Assembly: GCA_902406115.1 (NCBI GenBank)
Contig: CABPCL010000004.1
Coordinates: 23,995 to 87,994, forward strand
Reading direction: 5' to 3'
DNA length: 64,000 nt
DNA from: an uncultured Clostridium sp.
Lineage (GTDB): Bacteria; Bacillota; Clostridia; TANB77; CAG-508
Shown one piece after another: positions 1 through 9,600 of this stretch (the first letter of the stretch is position 1; every line of letters begins with the position of its first letter). The notes beneath the pieces were generated by a model, which worked only from the letters and a program-made list of their open reading frames with translations, ran no database searches and had not been told where the DNA came from. A program made the translations under genes and the position numbers.

Positions 1-16
1 AATAAATAAATAATGA

Positions 17-44
17 TTTACAATTAAAAATAATATGATATAAT
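17..44 (+). promoter_or_regulatory. putative sigma-A promoter of ychF (TTTACA-16-TATAAT)
   Basis: tttaca at 17-22, tataat at 39-44, about 50 nt upstream of the ychF start. Confidence 0.3.
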
Positions 45-92
45 AATAGAATATGAATTATTAAATAAAGTAAAAAAGAAGGGAATAACAAT

Positions 93-1181
93 ATGAAAAT
101 AGGAATTGTTGGCTTACCAAATGTTGGAAAGAGTACAATGTTTAATGCAATTACAAATGCAGGAGCTGAATGTGCAAATTATCCATTTTGCACTATAGAA
201 CCAAATGTGGGAGTAGTTCCAGTGCCAGATGAAAGATTAGATGTACTAACACAAATGTATAAACCAGAAAAAACAACACATGCTATAATTGAATTTGTAG
301 ATATTGCAGGATTAGTAAAAGGAGCAAGTAAGGGAGAAGGTTTAGGTAACAAATTTTTATCACATATTAGAGAAGTTGATAGTATTGTAGAAGTTGTAAG
401 ATGCTTTAACGACCCTAATATTGTGCATGTTGATGGAAGTATAAATCCAGTAAGAGATATTGAAACAATTAACTTAGAACTTATATTTGCAGATATAGAA
501 ACTATAGATAAAAAAATAGATAACGTTAAGAAAAAATTAAAAGCAGATAAAAAATGTCAAGAAGAACTAGATCTATTGGAAAAAGTAAAGAAAACACTAG
601 AAGAAGGCAAATCAGCTAGAACAATACAATTAACAGACGAAGAAAAAGAATTATTAAAAGAATCATTTTTACTAACGATGAAACCAATATTATATATTGC
701 TAACGTTTCAGAAGAGCAATTATCAAATGAAAATGATGAGAATGTAAAACAAGTAGAAGAGTACGCAAAACAAGAAAATGCACAAGTAATACCATTATGC
801 GTAAAAATAGAGGAAGAACTTGCAAGTCTTGAAGGAGAAGACAAAAAAGAAATGCTGGAAGCATTAGGAATTAAAGAATCGGGATTAGATAAAGTTATAA
901 AAGCAAGTTATGACTTATTAGGCTTAATGTCATTTCTAACAGCAGGTGAGCCAGAAGTTAGAGCGTGGACGATAAAAAAAGGAACTAAAGCTCCACAAGC
1001 AGCAGGTAAAATACACAGTGATATTGAAAGAGGATTTATACGCGCAGAGATTGTGTCTTATGAAGATTTGATTAAAGAAGGAAGCATGGTAGCAGCAAAA
1101 GAAAAAGGCTTAGTAAGATCAGAAGGAAAAGAATATATTATGCAAGATGGAGATATTGTATTGTTTAGGTTTAATGTTTAG
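93..1181 (+). CDS. ychF: ribosome-binding ATPase YchF (Obg-family GTPase)
   Basis: 362 aa; N-terminal GxPNVGKST P-loop; TGS/YchF C-terminal domain; typical length. Confidence 0.93.
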   Translation: MKIGIVGLPNVGKSTMFNAITNAGAECANYPFCTIEPNVGVVPVPDERLDVLTQMYKPEKTTHAIIEFVDIAGLVKGASKGEGLGNKFLSHIREVDSIVEVVRCFNDPNIVHVDGSINPVRDIETINLELIFADIETIDKKIDNVKKKLKADKKCQEELDLLEKVKKTLEEGKSARTIQLTDEEKELLKESFLLTMKPILYIANVSEEQLSNENDENVKQVEEYAKQENAQVIPLCVKIEEELASLEGEDKKEMLEALGIKESGLDKVIKASYDLLGLMSFLTAGEPEVRAWTIKKGTKAPQAAGKIHSDIERGFIRAEIVSYEDLIKEGSMVAAKEKGLVRSEGKEYIMQDGDIVLFRFNV

Positions 1182-1351
1182 ATTATCTTGTAAAAATATA
1201 TCGAAAAATAAAAAAAATACTTGACTAATAGCGTAAATAAGAGTACAATAAAAATGTAGAATTTATTGGATAAAAAATAAAAAACAATAAATAATAAGTA
1301 TAAGTAGTAAATAATTAATTTTATCTAAAGAAAAAGGAGAAAAAAAATATT

Positions 1352-1726
1352 ATGAAAAATAAAACAATGTCAATAATAGTAGTACTTGTAATTTCATTAT
1401 TATTTGTAATGGCTTGTGAGGTAAGAGCAACAAGTGATAATCCTATAACATTAAATTTAACAACAGGAGACACAACTGCAAATACAACAACAAATGTAGT
1501 TGAAAATAATATAGTTGAAAATACAAATACAAATTCAAATACAGAAGTGGCAAACAATACACAAGTAATACAACCAAACACAAATAAAACTGCTACAACA
1601 ACTGATAAAGGAAATACACTTCCTCAAACTGGTGTAACAGAAGATATAACAGTAATGTTCTTCATTATAGTTTGTGCTGTATCAGCAATATATGCATATA
1701 AGAAAATAAGAGATTATAGAGTGTAA
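1352..1726 (+). CDS. small secreted Asn/Thr-rich LPXTG cell-wall-anchored protein (sortase substrate)
   Basis: signal peptide; low-complexity T/N-rich core; LPQTG motif followed by a hydrophobic segment and a KKIRDYRV positive tail (classic sorting signal). Confidence 0.8.
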   Translation: MKNKTMSIIVVLVISLLFVMACEVRATSDNPITLNLTTGDTTANTTTNVVENNIVENTNTNSNTEVANNTQVIQPNTNKTATTTDKGNTLPQTGVTEDITVMFFIIVCAVSAIYAYKKIRDYRV

Positions 1727-1740
1727 TCTAAAATAGAGTT

Positions 1741-1770
1741 AAAAGGAGATAGTTAATATCTCCTTTTTTA
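1741..1770. terminator. bidirectional rho-independent terminator between the convergent LPQTG gene and the sortase gene
   Basis: aaaaggagata / tatctcctttttt hairpin. Confidence 0.6.
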
Positions 1771-1775
1771 TGTTT

Positions 1776-2465
1776 TTATTTAAGTGTAGCCTTTGCAACT
1801 ACTACTAACCTTTTGCCAGAAACATTATTACAAGTAAGGAGTGTGACTATAGTCTCTCCATTTGTTTCTTGATATGTGCAAGAAGTATCATTAACTTTAA
1901 CTTCATATTTTTTAAAAATGGAATATTCCATAACATTACCATTTAAATCATAAATTAAAAATTTATCTTTAACATTAAGTTCATGAAGTCGACTAAAAAG
2001 TTTGTAATCAACGTAGTTGTGACCTGCAATGCAAAGATTGCCTACTTTATTTGGCATTGGACCAGCAAAACGACAAAGTGAAATTTCAAGTAGTTCTTTA
2101 TTACTTTCAGAAAGAATGGGATAATTTATACCTATCTTATCAATCTTAAGCATTCCTATAACAAAAGGATCCTGTGTGTTAGACTCATTATTAACATTAG
2201 TTTCAGAATTACTTTGAAGTAATTGTGCAGAATAATTAGTGGTATTAGAGTATAAAGTAGAAATATGATATTTACTAACTAATTGATTTGAAAGCTTTTC
2301 GTTTTTATTTATTTTATATATTCGAACAAAAAATAAGACAACAAAACAAAATGCAATAAACGAAGAAACTATTAATTGTATTTTGTGAAATTTTATTCTA
2401 GTATATTTATTATTCGAATCTAAATCATCAGATTGGTTAATGTTTGGTTTTAATATTTGATTCAT
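1776..2465 (-). CDS. sortase (transpeptidase, SrtB-like)
   Basis: 229 aa; N-terminal membrane anchor; AGH catalytic His context; TLLTC active-site Cys motif; convergent with the LPQTG substrate gene. Confidence 0.8.
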   Translation of the reverse strand: MNQILKPNINQSDDLDSNNKYTRIKFHKIQLIVSSFIAFCFVVLFFVRIYKINKNEKLSNQLVSKYHISTLYSNTTNYSAQLLQSNSETNVNNESNTQDPFVIGMLKIDKIGINYPILSESNKELLEISLCRFAGPMPNKVGNLCIAGHNYVDYKLFSRLHELNVKDKFLIYDLNGNVMEYSIFKKYEVKVNDTSCTYQETNGETIVTLLTCNNVSGKRLVVVAKATLK

Positions 2466-2674
2466 TTTATCCTCTTATTCATAGATATATAAATTTTGAT
2501 AAGAAACATACAATATTTCTTTTTTTATGTATATTATCTGCAGTAGTTGATAAATTATAATAAGAATACAATTAAAAAATAAAATATTAATAAATTTTAA
2601 AAAAATAATGCAAAATTATATAGTTATATGATAGAATATAAAAAGTTAAATTAAATATAAGGAGAGTGTTAATC

Positions 2675-3379
2675 GTGCCAGATACAAAATACAAAAGAGT
2701 ATTACTAAAGTTAAGCGGAGAAGCATTAGCAGGAGAAAATAAAACAGGAGTAGATTTTGAAACAGTAAATAAGATATGTGATCAAATAAAAGAACTTACA
2801 GAAATGGGAATAGAGGTAGCAATTGTTGTTGGAGGTGGAAACTTCTGGAGAGGTGCAAAAGTAAAAATGGATAGAACAACATCTGACTATATGGGAATGC
2901 TTGCTACAGCTATGAATGGATTGGCATTACAAAGTGCATTAGAAGAAAAAGGTGTATATACAAGATTACAAACAGCTATAGAAATGAAAGAAATTGCAGA
3001 ACCATACATAAAAAGGAGAGCAACCAGACACCTAGAAAAAGGAAGAGTTGTAATATTTGGATGTGGAACAGGTAATCCATATTTTACAACAGATACTGCA
3101 GCCGCACTAAGAGCAGCTGAAATTGGTGCAGAAGTAATTCTTGTAGGAAAAACAATCGATGGAGTATATTCAGCAGATCCAAAACAAGATGAAAGCGCTG
3201 TAAAATATGATCAAATAAGTTACTTAGATATTTTAAGCAAAGATTTAAAAGTAATGGATTCGACAGCCATCTCATTATGCAAAGATAATAATATTGAACT
3301 TATACTATTTGAGCTTGCTAAGCCAGATAATATTATAAAAGCAGTTAAAGGTGAAAAAGTAGGTACTTTAATTAAATAG
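2675..3379 (+). CDS. pyrH: UMP kinase
   Basis: [13 protein letters not shown]-terminus and full-length similarity to PyrH; GTG start at 2675 with AAGGAG RBS 9 nt upstream (ORF track start 2666 is an upstream GTG). Confidence 0.92.
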   Translation: MPDTKYKRVLLKLSGEALAGENKTGVDFETVNKICDQIKELTEMGIEVAIVVGGGNFWRGAKVKMDRTTSDYMGMLATAMNGLALQSALEEKGVYTRLQTAIEMKEIAEPYIKRRATRHLEKGRVVIFGCGTGNPYFTTDTAAALRAAEIGAEVILVGKTIDGVYSADPKQDESAVKYDQISYLDILSKDLKVMDSTAISLCKDNNIELILFELAKPDNIIKAVKGEKVGTLIK

Positions 3380-3749
3380 CAAATAAGTTATAAATTATAT
3401 ATTTAATTATTATTTTAAGATTATTATTTTGAAAGTAGTATCTTTGATTAATTTTTTTATAAAACTATTTTTAAATTATTATTATAAGACCATTTTTTAA
3501 TTATTATTTTCGCAATTTTGCGCAGTTTGCTGATTCAAAGAATCAGCAGTAAAAAATAAGAAAATAATAATTAAAAAATAAAGATAATAAATAAGAATAA
3601 TAAATAGGAATTAAAAAACAAGAATAAAAAAATAATAATAAAAATGAGAGTAAAATATGAGCAAAAATAAGAAGTTTAGTAATTTAATAAATTTAATAAT
3701 AAAATTATAAAGTAATATCAAAATTGAAAAATTTTAGGAGGAAATTAAA

Positions 3750-4298
3750 ATGGAATATAATAAAATTGAAGAGAAAATGACAAAAACAATAAGTGTATTT
3801 GAGGAAAATTTATCAGAAATAAGAGCAGGAAGAGCAAACCCTGCAATATTAAATAAGGTTATGATTGACTATTATGGAACACCAACACCAATAAATCAAG
3901 TAGCGGGAATTTCTGTACCTGAAGCAAGAATGATAGTAATTCAACCATGGGATGCAAGTATATTAAAAGACATAGAAAAAGAAATATTAAAATCTGACAT
4001 AGGAATTAACCCTAATAACGATGGAAAAGTAATAAGACTAGCATTTCCTGAATTAAATGAAGAAAGAAGAAAAGAAATTGTAAAAGATATTAGAAAGATG
4101 GCAGAAGAAGCAAAAGTTGCAATAAGAAGTATTAGAAGAGATGGAATAGATGAGGCAAAAACTATGCAAAAGAATTCAGAGATATCAGAAGACGATTTAA
4201 AAGTTGCAGAAGAAAAAATTCAAAAATTAACAGATAAATATGTAGAAAACATAGACAAAATATTAGAAACAAAAGAAAAAGAAGTTATGAGTATATAA
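3750..4298 (+). CDS. frr: ribosome recycling factor
   Basis: 182 aa; VRAGRANPAILNKV motif; AGGAGG RBS 8 nt upstream. Confidence 0.93.
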   Translation: MEYNKIEEKMTKTISVFEENLSEIRAGRANPAILNKVMIDYYGTPTPINQVAGISVPEARMIVIQPWDASILKDIEKEILKSDIGINPNNDGKVIRLAFPELNEERRKEIVKDIRKMAEEAKVAIRSIRRDGIDEAKTMQKNSEISEDDLKVAEEKIQKLTDKYVENIDKILETKEKEVMSI

Positions 4299-4325
4299 AA
4301 TAAAAGAAGAAAAGGAAAATATAAT

Positions 4326-5048
4326 ATGACTATAAACGATATTAATAAAGAAAATATGCCACAGCATATAGCAATAATAATGGACGGAAATAGAAGATGG
4401 GCAAAAGAAAAAGGAATTGAGACAAAGTTAGGACATAAAGCGGGTGCAGAAACTTTAGAAAAACTTGCTAATTTTGCAAATGATATTGGACTAAAATATC
4501 TAACTGTATATGCTTTCTCAACTGAAAATTGGAAAAGAACTAAAGAAGAAGTTGGAGCTTTGATGCTCCTATTAAAATCATATGTAGATAAATTTTTAAA
4601 AAGAGCTAATACAAATAATATAAAAATAAGGGTATTAGGTGATTTAGAAAGAATAGATAGTGGATTAAGAGAAAGTATAGCTGAAATTGTAGAAAAAACT
4701 AGCAATAATACGGGGCTTACATTAAATATTGCTTTTAATTATGGCGGAAGAGACGAAATAACAAATGCAGTAAAACATATAGCAAAAGATGTTGAAAACG
4801 GAAAAATGAAAATTGACGAAATTGATGAACAGGTTATTTCAAATAAATTATATACATGTGGAGAACCAGATCCTGATTTATTAATACGTACAGGAGGGGA
4901 ACTTCGTATTAGTAATTTCTTGTTATGGCAACTTGCTTATACAGAATTTTTATTTGTAGATAAATACTGGCCAGATTTTTCAGAAGAAGATCTATTAAAT
5001 GCCATACATACATTCCAAACTAGAAAAAGAAGATTTGGTGGAAAATAA
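4326..5048 (+). CDS. uppS: undecaprenyl diphosphate synthase (cis-prenyltransferase)
   Basis: HIAIIMDGNRRWA catalytic motif; 240 aa. Confidence 0.93.
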   Translation: MTINDINKENMPQHIAIIMDGNRRWAKEKGIETKLGHKAGAETLEKLANFANDIGLKYLTVYAFSTENWKRTKEEVGALMLLLKSYVDKFLKRANTNNIKIRVLGDLERIDSGLRESIAEIVEKTSNNTGLTLNIAFNYGGRDEITNAVKHIAKDVENGKMKIDEIDEQVISNKLYTCGEPDPDLLIRTGGELRISNFLLWQLAYTEFLFVDKYWPDFSEEDLLNAIHTFQTRKRRFGGK

Positions 5049-5087
5049 TATACAAAAACATATAAAATAAAGTGGAAGGAAATTAAT

Positions 5088-5894
5088 ATGAACGTAAAGA
5101 GATTTTTATCTGGGATATTACTATTCCCAATTTTCGCTGTTATTATGATATTTGGAAACAAATACATAATAGATATTTCAGTTAGTATTATAGCTATTAT
5201 GAGTTTACATGAATTTTATAAAGCATTTAGAGGAAAAGCGAAACCAATAGGATGGATAGGCTACATAATAGCAGCACTCATAGCTGTAATACATATAATA
5301 CCATCAAATTTAATATTACCAATAATTGGAGCAATAATACCAATTTCTATTATGGTATTATTTGCAAGAGTAATATTTAGTAATATGAAATTCAATATAG
5401 TTGATATATCAATAACATTTTTTGGAATATGCTATATAGTATTATTTTTAATGTTTGCACCTATAATAAGAGAAAATATAACCAATGGAAAAATATTAAT
5501 CTGGTATGTATTTTTAGCATCTTGGGGAACAGACATATTTGCCTATCTTATAGGAAAACATTTTGGAAAACATAAATTTACTCAAATTAGCCCAAACAAG
5601 TCAATAGAAGGATGCGTCGGTGGTATTTTAGGAGCTGTAGTAGCTATATTGATATATACATTTGTATGTAACAATGTATTTAATATGAGTATCAATTATT
5701 TCTATGCTATATTTATTTCAATATTATTAAGTTGCATTAGCCAAATAGGTGATTTAGCAGCATCTAGTATTAAAAGATATTGTGGAATAAAAGATTATAG
5801 TAACCTAATTCCAGGACATGGAGGAATGTTAGATAGAATAGATAGTGTTATATTTGTTTTACCATTTGCATATTTTTTATTGATGATAATTTAA
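5088..5894 (+). CDS. cdsA: phosphatidate cytidylyltransferase
   Basis: 268 aa polytopic membrane protein with the C-terminal CDP-diglyceride synthase signature (SIKRxxGIKDxSxLIPGHGGxLDRIDS). Confidence 0.9.
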   Translation: MNVKRFLSGILLFPIFAVIMIFGNKYIIDISVSIIAIMSLHEFYKAFRGKAKPIGWIGYIIAALIAVIHIIPSNLILPIIGAIIPISIMVLFARVIFSNMKFNIVDISITFFGICYIVLFLMFAPIIRENITNGKILIWYVFLASWGTDIFAYLIGKHFGKHKFTQISPNKSIEGCVGGILGAVVAILIYTFVCNNVFNMSINYFYAIFISILLSCISQIGDLAASSIKRYCGIKDYSNLIPGHGGMLDRIDSVIFVLPFAYFLLMII

Positions 5895-5915
5895 TTATGT
5901 AAGGAGAATTTTAAT

Positions 5916-6647
5916 TTGTTTTTTATTATAAATGCTATAAAAATTATATTTATATTAGGATTCTTAGTTTTAATTCATGAAACAGGACATTTTCTAGTAG
6001 CAAAACTATGTAAGGTAACAGTAAAAGAATTTGCTATTGGGTTCGGACCTACAATATGGAAAAAACAAGGAAAGGTAACCAAATATGCCTTAAGACTAAT
6101 TCCTTTAGGAGGCTTTGTTAGTATGGAGGGAGAAGAAGAACACTCTGATAAAGAGGGTTCTTTTAGCAAAAGCAGTATTCCAAAAAGAATTGCAATAGTT
6201 ATGGCAGGAGGGTTAGTTAATATTATATTTGCTTTAATTACATATGTAATATTAATTACAGTAATGACTGGAAGTATTAACCGTGCAATAGACTCAACAG
6301 GTAGATTTGCTTTTTCAATTATTGAAAGCTTAAAGTTATTATTCTCAGGAGGGGTTACTGTTAATCAATTAATGGGACCAGTAGGAATATCTGAAATAAT
6401 AGTTCAAACAAGTGGAATAGAAGAGTTTGTGTATATTATGGCACTTATATCAATGTCCTTAGGAGTAACAAATTTATTACCATTTCCTCCTTTAGATGGA
6501 GGAAAAGTAGTATTACTATTAATAGAGGCGATAAGAAGAAAGCCAATAAAAGAGAATACAGAAATAAAAATACAAATGATTGGATTTGTGGTGTTGATCA
6601 CATTATCTATTATTGTTACATTTAACGATATCACAAGGATTTTTTAA
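5916..6647 (+). CDS. rseP: M50-family site-2 protease (RseP/RasP-like) lacking the PDZ domain
   Basis: HETGHF (HExxH) in TM1; LDGG motif near the C-terminus; conserved position between cdsA and polC; only 243 aa, so the ~90-aa PDZ insert is absent; TTG start with AAGGAG RBS. Confidence 0.8.
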   Translation: MFFIINAIKIIFILGFLVLIHETGHFLVAKLCKVTVKEFAIGFGPTIWKKQGKVTKYALRLIPLGGFVSMEGEEEHSDKEGSFSKSSIPKRIAIVMAGGLVNIIFALITYVILITVMTGSINRAIDSTGRFAFSIIESLKLLFSGGVTVNQLMGPVGISEIIVQTSGIEEFVYIMALISMSLGVTNLLPFPPLDGGKVVLLLIEAIRRKPIKENTEIKIQMIGFVVLITLSIIVTFNDITRIF

Positions 6648-6699
6648 AGTATTAGTAAAATTATGATTATTATATTCCAACAATTAGGAGATGCAGTTA

Positions 6700-9600
6700 A
6701 TGGAAAAAACAGTCAAGACGATAAAAGAAATTTTTAAAGATCATAACTCAAGTAGTTTCGCATTGAATGCAGCAAAGATTAAATCAATTAATTTATTTAG
6801 AAAAACCAATAAATTAGAAATTGATATAACTGCATATGAGTTTATAAAGATAGCTGATTTATATGCTTTTGAAAGATATCTAGAAAAAAGATTTAATATT
6901 AAAGAAGTTATAATTAAAATTGAATATGAAAATGAAATAGAAATTAACTTAAAAGAGGAATGGAATGATATAGTAAAATATATGTCATTCAAACATCCAC
7001 TAGCAAAAGCGATATTAAAAAATAGTACAGTAGAGATAGAAAATAATAATATTATTGTTAACTTAGCATTTAAAGGAAAAGAAGTGCTACAAGCTAGAGG
7101 ATTTGACAAAATATTAGAAGAGATAATACAAAACATCTACGAGAAAAAAGTAAAAGTAAAATACACAGAAAATATTACAGATGAAATGATAAAACTGATA
7201 CAAGAACAAGTAGAGCAAAACGAAAGAGAAGCGGTAAAACAAGCACAAAGGGAAGCAGAAGAATTTGCAAGAGAAATGGTGGAGAAGTCTGGAAAAAAAG
7301 TTAAAAATGATAAATATGCTCAAGGAGAACAGAAAACACAACAGACTGTGGCAGGAGAAGTTTTACCTTTTAATGTTGAAGAACCACAGCAACATACTGA
7401 GCCAGAAGAAAAAACACCACTAATATATGGAAGAAGTTTAAAAATAAAAGAACAATTAGTTAAGGTTGCGGATTTAAGCATAGATAGTGGAAAAGTCTTA
7501 TTAGACGGAGAGGTACTAAATACAGATTCTAGAGAATTAAAATCTGGTAAAGTTCTTGTTATGTTTGATTTGTATGATGGAAGTAGTACTATTACTTGCA
7601 AGGCATTTGTCGAAGGAGATAAATCAAAAGAAACATTAAAGAAACTCAAAGATGCTAAAGGAGTAAAAGTAGAGGGAACAGCACAATTTGATCCTTTTGC
7701 AAAGGAACTTGGGGTTATAGCCAACACTATTATAGAAAGTACAGGAATCAAAAGAGAAGTACGCAAAGATGAGGCAAAAGAAAAGAGAGTAGAACTTCAT
7801 ATGCATACACAGATGAGTCAAATGGATGGTATGACAGCAGCTACAGATTTATTAAAAAGAGCAGTTAAATGGGGAATGAAATCAATAGCTATAACAGACC
7901 ATGGTGTTGTACAAGCATTCCCAGAAGCACATAAATACTTAGAAAAGGATCATCCTGACTTAAAAGTAATATATGGAGTAGAAGCATACTTAGCACCAGA
8001 CAAAACTCCTTGTGTATCATTTCCAAGAGGACAAAGTATAGACACAACGTATTGCGTATTAGATTTAGAAACCACAGGCTTATCATTTAGAACGGAAAAA
8101 ATTACAGAAGTAGGTATAATGAAAATAAAAGATGGTGAAGTAATAGATGAATTCTCTTGCTTTGTAAATCCAGAAAAACCTATACCACAAAAAGTAGTTG
8201 AAGTTACTAATATTACAGATGATATGGTAAAAGATGCTGAGACAATAGATAAAGTCTTTCCTAAAATCTTAGAATTTGTGGGAGATTCTATATTGGTTGC
8301 ACATAATGCAGATTTTGATATTGGATTTTTAAAATACAATGCTAAAGAGCTAGGTTATACGTTAGACAATACATACATAGATACATTAAGACTTGCAAAA
8401 GATTTATTCCCTGATTTCAAAAAATATAAATTAGGAATTATTGCGGACAAATTAGGAATAACAGTTGAAGTAGCACATAGAGCATTAGATGATGTAGATA
8501 CCACAGTTAAAGTATTCAATGTAATGATAAAAATGCTAAAAGAAAAAGGAGCAAAAAAAATAGAAGATATTGATACTTTAGAAAGCGGAAAAGCAGACTT
8601 TAGAAAATTGCAAACTTACCATGCAATAATACTTGCTAAAAATTATGTAGGATTAAGAAATTTATATAAATTAATATCGTATTCACATTTACACTACTTT
8701 TATAAAAAACCTCGTATATTAAAATCAATGTATAAAAAATATTCTGAAGGACTTATTCTAGGCAGTGCCTGTGAAGCAGGTGAATTATATCGTGCCATAG
8801 TTGCAGGAAAAGCCGATGAGGAAATAGAATCTATTGCTAACGATTATGATTACTTAGAGATTCAACCAAATGGAAATAATATGTTTATGGTTAGAAATGG
8901 TACAGTACCTGATGTTGAAGCACTTCAAGACATAAACAGAAAGATAGTAGAACTTGGAGAAAAATTAGGTAAACTAGTAGTTGCAACTTGCGATGTTCAC
9001 TTTATGGATCCACAAGATGAAATTTATAGAAGAATTTTAATGGCAGGTCAAGGCTATGATGACGCAGATGAACAAGCACCTCTATATCTTAGAACAACAG
9101 AAGAAATGCTAAAAGAGTTCGAATATTTAGGTGAAGAAAAAGCATATGAGGTAGTTGTAACAAATACAAATAAAATTGCAGATATGTGCGAAAAAATAAG
9201 CCCTATATCTCCAGAAAAATGTCCACCACATATTGATGGCTGTGAACAAACAATTAAAGACATTGCATATGATAAAGCACATAAGCTATATGGAGACCCA
9301 TTACCTGATATAGTACAAGACAGATTAGATAAAGAATTAAATTCTATTATAAAAAATGGATTCTCAGTTATGTATATTATTGCACAAAAATTAGTATGGA
9401 AATCAAATGAAGACGGTTACATTGTAGGATCAAGAGGATCCGTTGGATCATCATTTGTTGCAAACATGACAGGTATTACAGAGGTTAATTCGCTACCGCC
9501 ACATTATAGATGTCCAGAATGTAAGTATTCAGATTTTACAGATTATGGCCATCAATGTGGATTTGACTTGCCAGATAAGAATTGTCCAAAATGTGGGCAT

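Noticed and set aside
3512-3523. 12-mer TTTTCGCAATTT shared between the pyrH-frr spacer and the ppdK upstream region (18258-18269)
   Set aside because: For a 64 kb AT-rich window, dozens of coincidental 12-mer pairs are expected; there is no further shared context.
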